Assembly: GCA_035627655.1 (NCBI GenBank)
Contig: DASPLI010000001.1
Span: 523,509-587,508, forward strand
Source of the DNA: Minisyncoccota bacterium
GTDB lineage: Bacteria > Patescibacteriota > Minisyncoccia > Phycocordibacterales > Phycocordibacteraceae
Direction of reading: 5' to 3'
Length of the DNA: 64,000 nt
Shown: piece by piece, positions 46,242-54,881 of the stretch
Layout: every line of letters begins with the position of its first letter
Numbering within the stretch: the first letter of the stretch is position 1
Notes under the pieces: generated by a model
Seen by the model: only the letters and a program-made list of their open reading frames with translations
What the model was told of the DNA's origin: nothing
Databases searched by the model: none
Program-made: the position numbers and the translations under genes

Positions 46242-47129
46242 TTGCGTACCTTATACGACGAAGACGAGCTCACGCTGCGCATTATTGCCAGCCAGTTTCT
46301 GCTTGCGGGCTTTATCGCAGTAGGACTGATTGGTGTGGCGATCAGCGAGCACTTTTGGCCCAACTTCTTCCAGTATCGCTACTTCTACGTGTCTCCGAAC
46401 TTTTTGGAGGATGTAGGTCGATACTGGCCGCTGTTCGCCTACGCCGGCGTATTCGCCGTTCTTACCATTCTTGCGGGTCGAAACTCCGACCACCGAGATG
46501 GGGAGCGGTTTATCATCGGCATTGGCACATCGGTTGGCGCCGGAGTGCTTGAGGAGGGTTGGTATCGCTGGGTTGGCGTGTTTTACAGCATGCTCTTCCT
46601 GGTGTTGCTGAACTTCCTCTTCTCGGCGTTTGGCTGGGGGATCGTTGTTGCGGCCGGCATTGCAATTCTGTTCACGATCGCGTCCTTCTTCATCGGTGAT
46701 GTGGATCTCAATCCCGCTACCGTGATCGGCCGCATCCTGCTCATCGCGCTCTTTGCGCTTGCGGGCTGGGGAGTCATGGCCATCAACCATGACCCTGTGT
46801 ACTGGGTGTACCTGCACATCTTCGTGCCGGTCATCGACTTTGCGACGTTCGGCCTCATGCATTCGGCCCTCCACGCCAACCACCAACCACTCCTGGTCAT
46901 GGGTCTCATCGCGGCGAACTTTGCGTTTCGCGATGGACACAAGTACCAAGGACTCTACGGCTGGGTGAACTCGTGGTACATCGGCTGCGCTATGACCTAT
47001 GCGACCCTCACCTACGGTCTTGCGGTTGCAGTTGCGGTGCACGCCCTCTACGACATCATCTTCGATGTTGCTCAGTACATCGCTGCCAAGCGCAGCATGC
47101 CTCGTCTTAGGCGCATCTCACGCATTTGA
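46242..47129 (+). CDS. CPBP-family intramembrane metalloprotease (CAAX protease-like), TTG start
   Basis: LEEGWYRW (EExxxR), FGLMHSALH (FxxxH) and HALYD motifs; AAGGAGG RBS 5 nt before the TTG. Confidence 0.6.
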   Translation: MRTLYDEDELTLRIIASQFLLAGFIAVGLIGVAISEHFWPNFFQYRYFYVSPNFLEDVGRYWPLFAYAGVFAVLTILAGRNSDHRDGERFIIGIGTSVGAGVLEEGWYRWVGVFYSMLFLVLLNFLFSAFGWGIVVAAGIAILFTIASFFIGDVDLNPATVIGRILLIALFALAGWGVMAINHDPVYWVYLHIFVPVIDFATFGLMHSALHANHQPLLVMGLIAANFAFRDGHKYQGLYGWVNSWYIGCAMTYATLTYGLAVAVAVHALYDIIFDVAQYIAAKRSMPRLRRISRI

Positions 47130-47217
47130 GACGACACACGGGCGGTCCTACCAAGGATCGCCCGTGCTCTGTTTAATTAAAGAAGAAGCGTCACGGAAAA
47201 TCCGTGACGCTTTTCGC

Positions 47218-48363
47218 TTATCGAGCTGAGATGTAGCCGCCGTCTACGCCGTCCGGGGAAAGGACGGTCTGTGCAACGCCGATTCCGTTTGACCGGAATC
47301 CGCCTGCACACTGCAGGAGGTAGTACTCCCACATGCGCGCAACGCGTTCGCCGTACTTAGCGACCACCTCCTCCCGCCGGCTCTGAAAGTTATCGTTCCA
47401 GGCCATAAGGGTGAGGTCGTAGTGCGGACCGATGTTTTGCACATCCTCGACGACAAAGAGTCCTTCCACTGCGGTCATGATCTGACCGATGGTGGGGAGC
47501 TCGCCGCGCGGGAAGATGTACTTATCGAGCCAGGGATCAATGGTCTTGGAGCGCTTCCGGCCCGTGATGGTGTGGTGCATGAAACGACTGTGGCGTCCGC
47601 GCATGGCTCGGCGTGCCGCCGCGAAATAGTCGCGGTAGTTGTCGCTGCCCACATGTTCGAACATGCCCATCGATACCACGTGGTCCACTGTGCCTTTGAA
47701 TTCACGGTAGTCCTGGAATCGAAACTCAAGATGGCCGCTATCGACGTACGGGCGATACCGCTCAGTCGCATACGCCACCTGGTCCTGGGAAATCGTGACG
47801 CCGATGCATCGCGCGCCATAGTGTTCTGCAGCGAAGCCCATAAAGGCGCCCCAGCCGCAGCCGATATCCAGCACCGTCTGGCCGGGTTTCAATTCAATCT
47901 TCCGGCAGACCAAATCGAGCTTGCGCTCCTGCGCCTCGTCTACGTCCGCCGCATCTACCCAATACGCACAGCTGCCAGTGAGGCGTTGATCGTACGTGGA
48001 TTCATGCAGCATGCGTTCGTCATAGTGCATTTTGCCGACGTAACGAGCGCGCTCGATCGTCTGGCGGTTAATGAACTTGGCACCGAGCGCAAAGACACCC
48101 GCTTTGAGAGCGATCTGCGGAAACGACTTTACCGCCTCCTGGACGTTGTGACGCACGACCCGCTCAAAGAGCTGGTCAAGCGCTTGGCACGTCCAGAGGC
48201 CGTCCATATAGGCCTCTCCAAGTCCGATGGAGCCGCCGGAGAGGAGGCGAGAGTAGAACTCGTCATCTCGAACCTGCGGATCCCACGGATTGGGACCGTT
48301 GATAACGATCCCGGAACCTGTCTCATCGAGCAGGCTCTGGATCGTCTTCTGTACGTTACTCAT
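47218..48363 (-). CDS. cfa: cyclopropane-fatty-acyl-phospholipid synthase family SAM-dependent methyltransferase
   Basis: VLDIGCGWG SAM motif and CFA synthase blocks; start MSNVQK with GGAG RBS. Confidence 0.8.
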   Translation of the reverse strand: MSNVQKTIQSLLDETGSGIVINGPNPWDPQVRDDEFYSRLLSGGSIGLGEAYMDGLWTCQALDQLFERVVRHNVQEAVKSFPQIALKAGVFALGAKFINRQTIERARYVGKMHYDERMLHESTYDQRLTGSCAYWVDAADVDEAQERKLDLVCRKIELKPGQTVLDIGCGWGAFMGFAAEHYGARCIGVTISQDQVAYATERYRPYVDSGHLEFRFQDYREFKGTVDHVVSMGMFEHVGSDNYRDYFAAARRAMRGRHSRFMHHTITGRKRSKTIDPWLDKYIFPRGELPTIGQIMTAVEGLFVVEDVQNIGPHYDLTLMAWNDNFQSRREEVVAKYGERVARMWEYYLLQCAGGFRSNGIGVAQTVLSPDGVDGGYISAR

Positions 48364-48424
48364 TGAAGGATCTCCTGTATCCCGAGGTAATGGATAACGT
48401 AGTTGTATTCTTTTGTCTAGGAGA

Positions 48425-48814
48425 TCAGTTGCGCCCGAAATCGTCTTCGTAACGAATAATATCGTCCTCGCCAAAATAGTCGCCGAGCTGCACCTCAATA
48501 ATCACCAAAAGCTCTTCGCCAGGATTCATGACCCGGTGTTTTGTTCCTTGTGGGATAGAGATGTGGTCGGCAGGGGAGAGTCGTGATTGTTGCCCATCGA
48601 GCTCCACCTGTGCGACTCCAGATACAACACTCCACAGTTCGTGCCGACGCGCATGACTTTGCAAGGAAAGACGCTTCCCGGGTTCTATTTCAAGCCGCTT
48701 TACCTTGTGCGTAGGCGTATCCGAAAGAATGCAGAAACGCCCCCAGGGCCGCTCTTCAATGTATCCATCCTGGGACGGCATATGCATGAGAAAAGTATAG
48801 CTCTCGGGCTTCAT
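48425..48814 (-). CDS. cupin-domain protein (mannose-6-phosphate isomerase type II C-terminal-like)
   Basis: RPWGRF...LEI.PG...SLQSH..R.E.W.VV.G cupin motifs. Confidence 0.6.
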   Translation of the reverse strand: MKPESYTFLMHMPSQDGYIEERPWGRFCILSDTPTHKVKRLEIEPGKRLSLQSHARRHELWSVVSGVAQVELDGQQSRLSPADHISIPQGTKHRVMNPGEELLVIIEVQLGDYFGEDDIIRYEDDFGRN

Positions 48815-48820
48815 ATAAAA

Positions 48821-48855
48821 AACTTGTGTATGTTGTGTGAACAACTACACAACTT
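48821..48855. promoter_or_regulatory. candidate LexA operator: nested inverted repeats AACTTGTGTA...TACACAACTT and GTTGTGT-N8-ACACAAC overlapping the lexA -35 region
   Basis: palindrome read directly; -35 TGAACA / -10 TACACT follow, with the ATG 6 nt after the -10. Confidence 0.5.
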
Positions 48856-48873
48856 TTCTGGTACACTAGGCAT

Positions 48874-49563
48874 ATGTCGAGAAACGAGAGTCTAACCAGA
48901 GCCCAAGAAGAGACCCTTTTCCTTATCAAGCGTTACATCGCCCGCCATGGACAGTCACCAACCATCACCGAGCTACAAAAAGAGCTGGCTCTCCGCTCTA
49001 TTCGGAGTGTTACGCAACGTCTGGAAGCCCTGGAGAAGAAAGGCTTCATTGCTCGAGATCGATTTCAGCACCGAAGCATCAAAGTTCTGGCGTCAGTAAA
49101 GAACGAATACATCCCGTCGGACTTCGTTGCCGTTCCGGTCATCGCCTCAGCTGGCTGTGATGCGATGGAGGTGTACGCACAGGACGAGTTTGGTGAATTC
49201 ATTGCAGTTGATCGCACGCTTCTTGGTCGCGCTACTTCAGTCGCTGCCATCAAGGCCATTGGCGACAGTATGCAGGATGCAGGGATTATGGACGGCGACT
49301 ACGTCATTGTTGAAGTTACCGACCAGGTGAATGACGGAGATCGTGTCGTTGCCATCATTGGCAATATGGCGGTCATTAAGCGCCTTACGCATGTAAAAGG
49401 CACTGCGGTCTTGTGCCCGGAAAACGAAGCAGCAAACTATCAACCGATCGTTGTTTCGCAGGAGGATTCGAAGATTTTCGGTAAGGTGCTCTCTGTCATT
49501 CCCAATACGGAGTGGGTAGACGACGTAAAGATCGAGTACTACGACGGATTCGGGCCGAAATAG
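48874..49563 (+). CDS. lexA: LexA repressor
   Basis: N-terminal winged HTH; S24 peptidase Ser (GDSM) and Lys dyad. Confidence 0.85.
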   Translation: MSRNESLTRAQEETLFLIKRYIARHGQSPTITELQKELALRSIRSVTQRLEALEKKGFIARDRFQHRSIKVLASVKNEYIPSDFVAVPVIASAGCDAMEVYAQDEFGEFIAVDRTLLGRATSVAAIKAIGDSMQDAGIMDGDYVIVEVTDQVNDGDRVVAIIGNMAVIKRLTHVKGTAVLCPENEAANYQPIVVSQEDSKIFGKVLSVIPNTEWVDDVKIEYYDGFGPK

Positions 49564-49608
49564 CAAAAGGGCGCCGATCGGATGACCGGCGCCCTGAGGT
49601 AGAACGTG

Positions 49609-50844
49609 TTAGCGAGCATACTGGCGTGGTTTGCAGACCGCGCGCTTGATGCCGCTCCAAAAGAGTTCGACTGTGCCGCGTTCTTCCGCGGCGCCGCAGA
49701 GCACGTAGCGCTCGACGCGATCGATCACCTGATTGTGCTTACGCTGCTTGTCTTCTTCGGCAGATTTCTCAAGCGCTTGTGACAGCGGACCGAGAATCAG
49801 CGCGAAGATGCCGATAAGAACGGCGATGCAGAGATAGACGGAGATGATCATCCAGCCAACGGACGCGCTGAACATGAAGCCGATTGCCGGGATGCCGAAG
49901 AGGGCGAACGGAATACCAGGAACAAGCAAGATATTCTTTTCGTCCTCATAGAACGGCATGGCACGGAAGTCGTGGATGGCGAACCAGTGGCTCATCTTGC
50001 GCGGCAGGATAGTCGCCGAGCTGAAGATGTGCCGCCAGGCCCGCAATGGATCGCCGCCGAGCAGAAAGTGCACGATGCCGACGAAGAGCACATAGGCGCG
50101 CGTGATCGGAGTGAGGGGAATGTAGAGGATAGCGTAGAGGAGCGGCATCAGCGTAAACGCTAAACCGATCCGCCAGCGACCCGCACATTCGTCCTCGCCG
50201 ACGCCGAGCTTGAAGAACTTGAGATAGTTCCGCAGCCACGGCTTCATCTCGGCGGCGAAGATGCCGTCGGGAATGAGTACGCGTTGTTCTTCGCGAGCGA
50301 AGACCTCGGCAACGAATCGGTTTACCGGCTTGTCGTCTTCGGCATCGGCATCGAACCGGTGCTTATACACCCGTTCGTCGCGATAGCGAGTTTTGAGTCC
50401 GCGCACCTCTCGCCAGAAGCCTGACTTATGGTCCTCATTCAGCGAGTGCACGAGATAGGCGACCAGGTAGTAGGCGCCGGCGCCGCGGAACGTAAAGAAT
50501 CCGCGGCCGACCGAGATATCGCCGAAGCCTTCGATGATTTCCCGGCTTTCCGCTCGAGGATCGCTACCGCGCGTGACGCCGGCGATTTCGTCTCGGATGC
50601 CGACCTTCTGCGCAACGATGATGAGCGCCCAGTCGTATTCCGGATGCGCTCGCATATAGGCGGTGGTCTCGGGTGAGAGACACCACCGGATCGGCACAAC
50701 CGGGTGGTCGATGACCCGCTCGTCAAAGTGGATCTCGACTCTCTTTGGTGGCGGGGGAGCCAGAAGCTCGCCCTCGGGTTCTTCAAGGGACATAGAGTCC
50801 TCCTCTGTATCCCCATGCAACGGCGCATGGGTCTGGCAGGACAA
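49609..50844 (-). CDS. hypothetical membrane protein (soluble N-terminal domain plus C-terminal polytopic region)
   Basis: 411 aa; five or more C-terminal TM helices. Confidence 0.4.
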   Translation of the reverse strand: MSCQTHAPLHGDTEEDSMSLEEPEGELLAPPPPKRVEIHFDERVIDHPVVPIRWCLSPETTAYMRAHPEYDWALIIVAQKVGIRDEIAGVTRGSDPRAESREIIEGFGDISVGRGFFTFRGAGAYYLVAYLVHSLNEDHKSGFWREVRGLKTRYRDERVYKHRFDADAEDDKPVNRFVAEVFAREEQRVLIPDGIFAAEMKPWLRNYLKFFKLGVGEDECAGRWRIGLAFTLMPLLYAILYIPLTPITRAYVLFVGIVHFLLGGDPLRAWRHIFSSATILPRKMSHWFAIHDFRAMPFYEDEKNILLVPGIPFALFGIPAIGFMFSASVGWMIISVYLCIAVLIGIFALILGPLSQALEKSAEEDKQRKHNQVIDRVERYVLCGAAEERGTVELFWSGIKRAVCKPRQYAR

Positions 50845-50917
50845 TTACACATATTTACGAATATGTCTATAGCGCAAAACGACCCGCGCAAGGCGGGTCG
50901 TTTTGAGAAGGAGGGTA

Positions 50918-51175
50918 TTAGCTAAGGTGTGCCGAGACGAGTTTCGTCATCTCGAACATGGTTACCTCGCTTTTGCCGTTGAAGACCTTCTTGAGCTTGT
51001 CGTCTGCAAGAATGTTGCGCTTGTTAGCGGGATTCTGCAGGTTGTTCTTCTTGATATAAGCCCAAATCTGCTTCACGACCTCGGAGCGAGGCATTGGACC
51101 CTTGCCTACGACTTCCTCCAGATCGGCGGAAAGGTTCATAGGCTTAGTAAGGGCCGGGTTGAGTGCTCTTGGCAT
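50918..51175 (-). CDS. SWIB/MDM2-domain protein
   Basis: PRSEVVKQIWAYIKKNNLQNP...KLKKVFNGK...MFEMTKLVSAHL SWIB pattern. Confidence 0.7.
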   Translation of the reverse strand: MPRALNPALTKPMNLSADLEEVVGKGPMPRSEVVKQIWAYIKKNNLQNPANKRNILADDKLKKVFNGKSEVTMFEMTKLVSAHLS

Positions 51176-51276
51176 AGAGATAAGTTTACGTAATGGTCAA
51201 TGGTTGTTGACCCGCGGATTATACCACAAACCGGGGATTTGTGGGGCTGCAAGCGGGTCCTGGGGAGAGCACAGAA

Positions 51277-51350
51277 TGGTCGGGCCGCCGGGAATCGAAC
51301 CCGGTCTTCACGCACCCGAAGCGTACGTACTACCGGTATACTACGGCCCG
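51277..51350 (-). tRNA. tRNA-Pro (anticodon CGG), CCA encoded
   Basis: C1:G72; anticodon loop TTCGGGT; 74 nt including CCA. Confidence 0.85.
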
Positions 51351-51351
51351 G

Positions 51352-51424
51352 TGGGCGATACAGGACTTGAACCTGTGACCCCACCCGTGTGAGGGGTGTG
51401 CTCTACCAACTGAGCTAATCGCCC
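51352..51424 (-). tRNA. tRNA-Val (anticodon CAC)
   Basis: cloverleaf; anticodon loop CTCACAC; 1 nt from the tRNA-Pro gene. Confidence 0.85.
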
Positions 51425-51460
51425 GAACAATTGGCACACTAACACATTTTTGTTCGGTAG

Positions 51461-51531
51461 TCGGGCCGCCGGGAATCGAACCCGGTCTACATCCACCCCA
51501 TGGACGCGTACTACCGGTATACTACGGCCCG
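51461..51531 (-). tRNA. tRNA-Pro (anticodon GGG), no encoded CCA
   Basis: acceptor, D and T arms identical to the CGG copy; anticodon loop ATGGGGT. Confidence 0.8.
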
Positions 51532-51590
51532 CAATAGGGTGGAGAATACCTTAAGATCACTTTTTACGCGTGATATAACGTCGGCAGTAT

Positions 51591-51663
51591 GGGCCCGTAG
51601 CTCAGTTGGTAGAGCGCTGCATTCGCATTGCAGAGGTCAGGGATTCGAATTCCCTCGGGTCCA
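51591..51663 (+). tRNA. tRNA-Ala (anticodon CGC)
   Basis: G3:U70; anticodon loop TTCGCAT. Confidence 0.85.
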
Positions 51664-51718
51664 CAAATATTGACTAATTTGTCCGTGTGTCGTAATACAG
51701 TATATAGGAGGTACAACG

Positions 51719-52105
51719 ATGCGTGTGTATCACGCAACTAAGACCGAATGTTCTCTCACGAATATTCTGGAGGAGAAAATCCTGCTTCCGGGCAGGAATG
51801 TGGTCTGCGAGGACACCTACGTCCACCTGTCGCTCAATCCCTTCCATCAAGGCTCGTATGCGCTCGATGTTATCGGCGAAGATACGAACCGTGCATGGGT
51901 GATTGAGTGCGAGATTCCGGACGATACGCCGCTTGCACCAGATCCGGCAGATAATGCTGGGGCTGCCTACAACGGCGGCTGGGTGATCCACGGCGGACCG
52001 CTCTCCATCACAGAAGTTATCTCAGTGCTCTACATTCAAAATGTGCAGCGCTGGGAGATGGGCGATAAGAAACAAGCCCGTTACGTTCTCGGAGGCTCCT
52101 CGTGA
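51719..52105 (+). CDS. hypothetical protein with ADP-ribosyltransferase-fold-like motifs (RVYHAT...ECE); KptA/Tpt1-like or ART-like, uncertain
   Basis: GGAGG RBS; N-terminal RVYHATKT, SLT, VHLS and ECE spacing. Confidence 0.35.
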   Translation: MRVYHATKTECSLTNILEEKILLPGRNVVCEDTYVHLSLNPFHQGSYALDVIGEDTNRAWVIECEIPDDTPLAPDPADNAGAAYNGGWVIHGGPLSITEVISVLYIQNVQRWEMGDKKQARYVLGGSS

Positions 52106-52140
52106 GCCTCCGTTTCGTTTAATCGTGTTAGGATTTTTTT

Positions 52141-52572
52141 ATGGGACAAAATCTCGTTGAGCGCATCACGTCCTGGGTCGGCTCCGTCGCATCCCTGATC
52201 GTCCACACCATTATCTTCGCCGGAGCCTTCTTGCTCGGCGTTTTTGGCATTGCAACCTGGGAAATCATCCTGCTGACGGTCACCACGGTAGTGTCTCTCG
52301 AGGCGATTTATCTTGCCATTTTCATTCAAATGACGGTCAACCGGAACACTGAGTCGCTCCGAGAGGTTGAAGAAGATATCGACGAGATTCAGGAAGACGT
52401 TGAGGAGCTTGGCGAAGATATTGACGAGATTCAGGAGGACATCGAGGAGATTCAGGAAGACGTGGAAGACATGACGGAGGAGGACGCGGCAGACGATGTG
52501 ACCCTCGACAAGCTCACAGCGGATGTACGAAAGATTCTCGAAGATCTTGAGCAGTTGAAAGGGAAGCAGTAA
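52141..52572 (+). CDS. membrane protein (DUF1003-like) with acidic tandem repeat tail
   Basis: two TM plus a QMTVNRN block; (EDIDEIQEDVEE)-like repeats encoded by about 24-nt tandem DNA repeats. Confidence 0.45.
   Translation: MGQNLVERITSWVGSVASLIVHTIIFAGAFLLGVFGIATWEIILLTVTTVVSLEAIYLAIFIQMTVNRNTESLREVEEDIDEIQEDVEELGEDIDEIQEDIEEIQEDVEDMTEEDAADDVTLDKLTADVRKILEDLEQLKGKQ
52375..52470 (+). repeat. in-frame tandem repeat (about 24 nt x 3-4; GATATTGACGAGATTCAGGAAGAC-like)
   Basis: read directly in the coding sequence of the 52141 gene. Confidence 0.6.
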
Positions 52573-52587
52573 AGTCTCTCCTATATT

Positions 52588-52660
52588 GGGCCCATAGCTC
52601 ATCTGGTAGAGCGCATCCATGGCATGGATGAGGTGAGGGGTTCGAGTCCCCTTGGGTCCA
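52588..52660 (+). tRNA. tRNA-Ala (anticodon GGC)
   Basis: G3:U70; anticodon loop ATGGCAT; two hairpins follow (52696-52726). Confidence 0.85.
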
Positions 52661-52749
52661 CCACTTGCTTTTTTCTATAAATATAGCATTATAGTACCGG
52701 ACCTTTGTCCGGCTGGGCAACCAGCCCTTCAACAGAAAGGAGGATACTC

Positions 52750-53544
52750 GTGACGACCGCATTGGAAGCTCACGAACAACGTCCCTATCGACTCTTCAGC
52801 GGCATCAATGGAATCATGGCGATGCTGGCATTCTTTGCCGTTATCGTCCTGGTTCTCGCCGCTGACTACGTGTGGTGGCGGCTTCTGATCACCGAAGTAA
52901 CGGAAACTGATCCGTTCCTCATGTATGTATTCGGGGCTCTGATGGCATTCGCTGCCTTGAGCATTGTCGGTACAGCGTTCAACGTGCTGGCCGAAGAAAA
53001 TGCGCCCCCGACGACATTCCTGTGGTTTGTCGGCGGCGGTACCGCGATCGCGTACGTGCTGCTTGGCCTCTACTTTCTTCTCGTGGGATCCACGTTCGAC
53101 GTGTATTCACATGAGTTGCGAGTTGGCCGAGATGGCACGGTGTATCAAAGCGAAAGCGAAGCACCGCGAAGCTACTGGAACGTGGGCACGGTTCGACTGC
53201 CAACCCACTACACCTTCACCTACGAGACGACACGCGACGATCGGACCCAAAACGGTACGCCGATTAAAACGAGGCACACCGCGACGGTTCTTGTCACTTT
53301 GGCGCAAAACGATGCGCTCGGCGAGCGCGTGAGCAACTACTTCGCTCAAGGCGCTTCCGGGGACTCGATTCGCAACACGCTGCAAAACCGCGCTTCGGCC
53401 ATCACGCACGGCGTCCAGCGCTGGCTTGATGAGACAGACGTCGAAGACATCCACTCGGGAGTTTCGTTTCGGCCCACTGAACCCTGGATCGAGAGCATCA
53501 CGCTCACCCAGGTTAGCAATTCAGCTGAGCGTGCGGAAAACTAA
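52750..53544 (+). CDS. membrane protein (4 TM N-terminal, soluble C-terminal), GTG start
   Basis: AAGGAGG RBS 6 nt before the GTG; hydrophobic helices. Confidence 0.4.
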   Translation: MTTALEAHEQRPYRLFSGINGIMAMLAFFAVIVLVLAADYVWWRLLITEVTETDPFLMYVFGALMAFAALSIVGTAFNVLAEENAPPTTFLWFVGGGTAIAYVLLGLYFLLVGSTFDVYSHELRVGRDGTVYQSESEAPRSYWNVGTVRLPTHYTFTYETTRDDRTQNGTPIKTRHTATVLVTLAQNDALGERVSNYFAQGASGDSIRNTLQNRASAITHGVQRWLDETDVEDIHSGVSFRPTEPWIESITLTQVSNSAERAEN

Positions 53545-53696
53545 CCGACCATCCTCATCCTCTGGACCGCCTGGCACTTCGCCGGGCGGTCTTTTTTATA
53601 AGAAACAGGGGAGACTTGCAAAAGTATGAAATTGATGGGATTATAATTTTATGTACGGAATCCGCCGTGCATGTTCCTTAGGAAGGAGACCGTGCG

Positions 53697-54755
53697 ATGA
53701 CTCGCACCAATCTTGCCTACTTGGATCGCGCTGCTGATGAAGCAGTCACGATTCAATTGCAGAACCCTGGTCAGTACGTGGACCGCTCGAGCGTGAAGCA
53801 CGTTCGCATCGCAGGCATCGCCTGCCGCGATGGCGACCCGATCGAGAAACGGCGCCAGGCGCTCGCGGACTATCGCGAAGATGCCGCTGCGCTCAAGACG
53901 CAACTCACCGACGCTGGCGTTTCGTATCTCGCCATCCTCCCAACTCGGGCCTGGAACGAGATCTCGAAACAAACCGGCCTCTATCGGTTCCGACCGAACG
54001 AGGAAGGCGAAGTGCTCGCAAGCGATCGTCTCATCACTGAGGCGACGGCGCGTGCACATCGAGCAGTTGCGTGGCGGCCGCTTGCCGCTCTTGCGGTGGG
54101 TCTCATGATCGGTGGGCTGGTTGGGTTTGCGCTTGCAAGCTTCATCAATGCTCCGCTGTTCGTCGTGATCGGCGCCGTGCTGACGTTCGCAATCCTGGGC
54201 GGGTATGCGTATTCGACTGTGGTGAACAGCCGCTATTTCTTCAAGGGCACGGCGCGTCCCGCGTCTCTCGCCACGATGGAAGAACGTTTCATCCGGTCGA
54301 GCGTCCCGAAGAAACGGAAAGCGCTGTTTGATCGCCTCTGGCCGCAAGGTCAGGAGCTTGAAGACGGCGTCCGAATCGCCATCGAGCTGCCGCCGGCGCC
54401 CGAAGACGCACAGCACAACCTGCTGCGCGCCAAGGACGCAGGCCTGAAGCTCACCGTTGACGCCGTCATGGATGCTGTCCAGCTTCCCCATGATGTCGGC
54501 GACGTGCTCGTTGCCTCTCGTGCGGCTCACTGGCTGACCGAGAAGACGGCGATGGATAAGCGGGAAGAACAACAGCGGCGTGATCGCGAAGAACGTCGGC
54601 GTCGGCAGATCCAGAATTTCTGGGACTCGCTCGCGCTCGACCCGATCGTCATCACGCAGTGCGGCAGCGCGACCGCGATTATCGTCCAATACGGCGATTT
54701 CCCGGTCGAGCAAGCCGCGGTTGACCGCGTCCTGCATTCCACCAGCCTGATCTAA
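53697..54755 (+). CDS. hypothetical protein with central 2-TM hairpin and charged C-terminal region
   Basis: GGAGA RBS; central helices AALAVGLMIGGLVGFALASFINAPLFVVIGAVLTFAILGG; terminator downstream. Confidence 0.4.
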   Translation: MTRTNLAYLDRAADEAVTIQLQNPGQYVDRSSVKHVRIAGIACRDGDPIEKRRQALADYREDAAALKTQLTDAGVSYLAILPTRAWNEISKQTGLYRFRPNEEGEVLASDRLITEATARAHRAVAWRPLAALAVGLMIGGLVGFALASFINAPLFVVIGAVLTFAILGGYAYSTVVNSRYFFKGTARPASLATMEERFIRSSVPKKRKALFDRLWPQGQELEDGVRIAIELPPAPEDAQHNLLRAKDAGLKLTVDAVMDAVQLPHDVGDVLVASRAAHWLTEKTAMDKREEQQRRDREERRRRQIQNFWDSLALDPIVITQCGSATAIIVQYGDFPVEQAAVDRVLHSTSLI

Positions 54756-54762
54756 CGGCTCT

Positions 54763-54806
54763 AACGCCGGATCCTCACTACTTGGATCCGGCGTTTTGCG
54801 TTTTTG
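54763..54806 (+). terminator. rho-independent terminator (AACGCCGGATCC-loop-GGATCCGGCGTT + T-run)
   Basis: 12-bp perfect stem. Confidence 0.7.
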
Positions 54807-54832
54807 CTGTGGGGTAGCAGGTCTGCTAGAAT
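54804..54832 (+). promoter_or_regulatory. candidate atp operon promoter TTGCTG-N17-TAGAAT
   Basis: good -10 and acceptable -35 about 50 nt upstream of the atpB ATG. Confidence 0.5.
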
Positions 54833-54881
54833 TTCCTCATATGCGGCAACGTCCCGCCCCTCATACGGGCATTTTTTAGTT

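Noticed and set aside
46251-48366. Antisense ORFs 46251-47042 (-) and 47422-48366 (+)
   Set aside because: They oppose the CPBP protease and cfa genes, which have clear family motifs.
53649-54737. 362-aa minus-strand ORF
   Set aside because: The plus-strand partner has an RBS, TM helices and a downstream terminator. The minus frame is Arg-rich and antisense.
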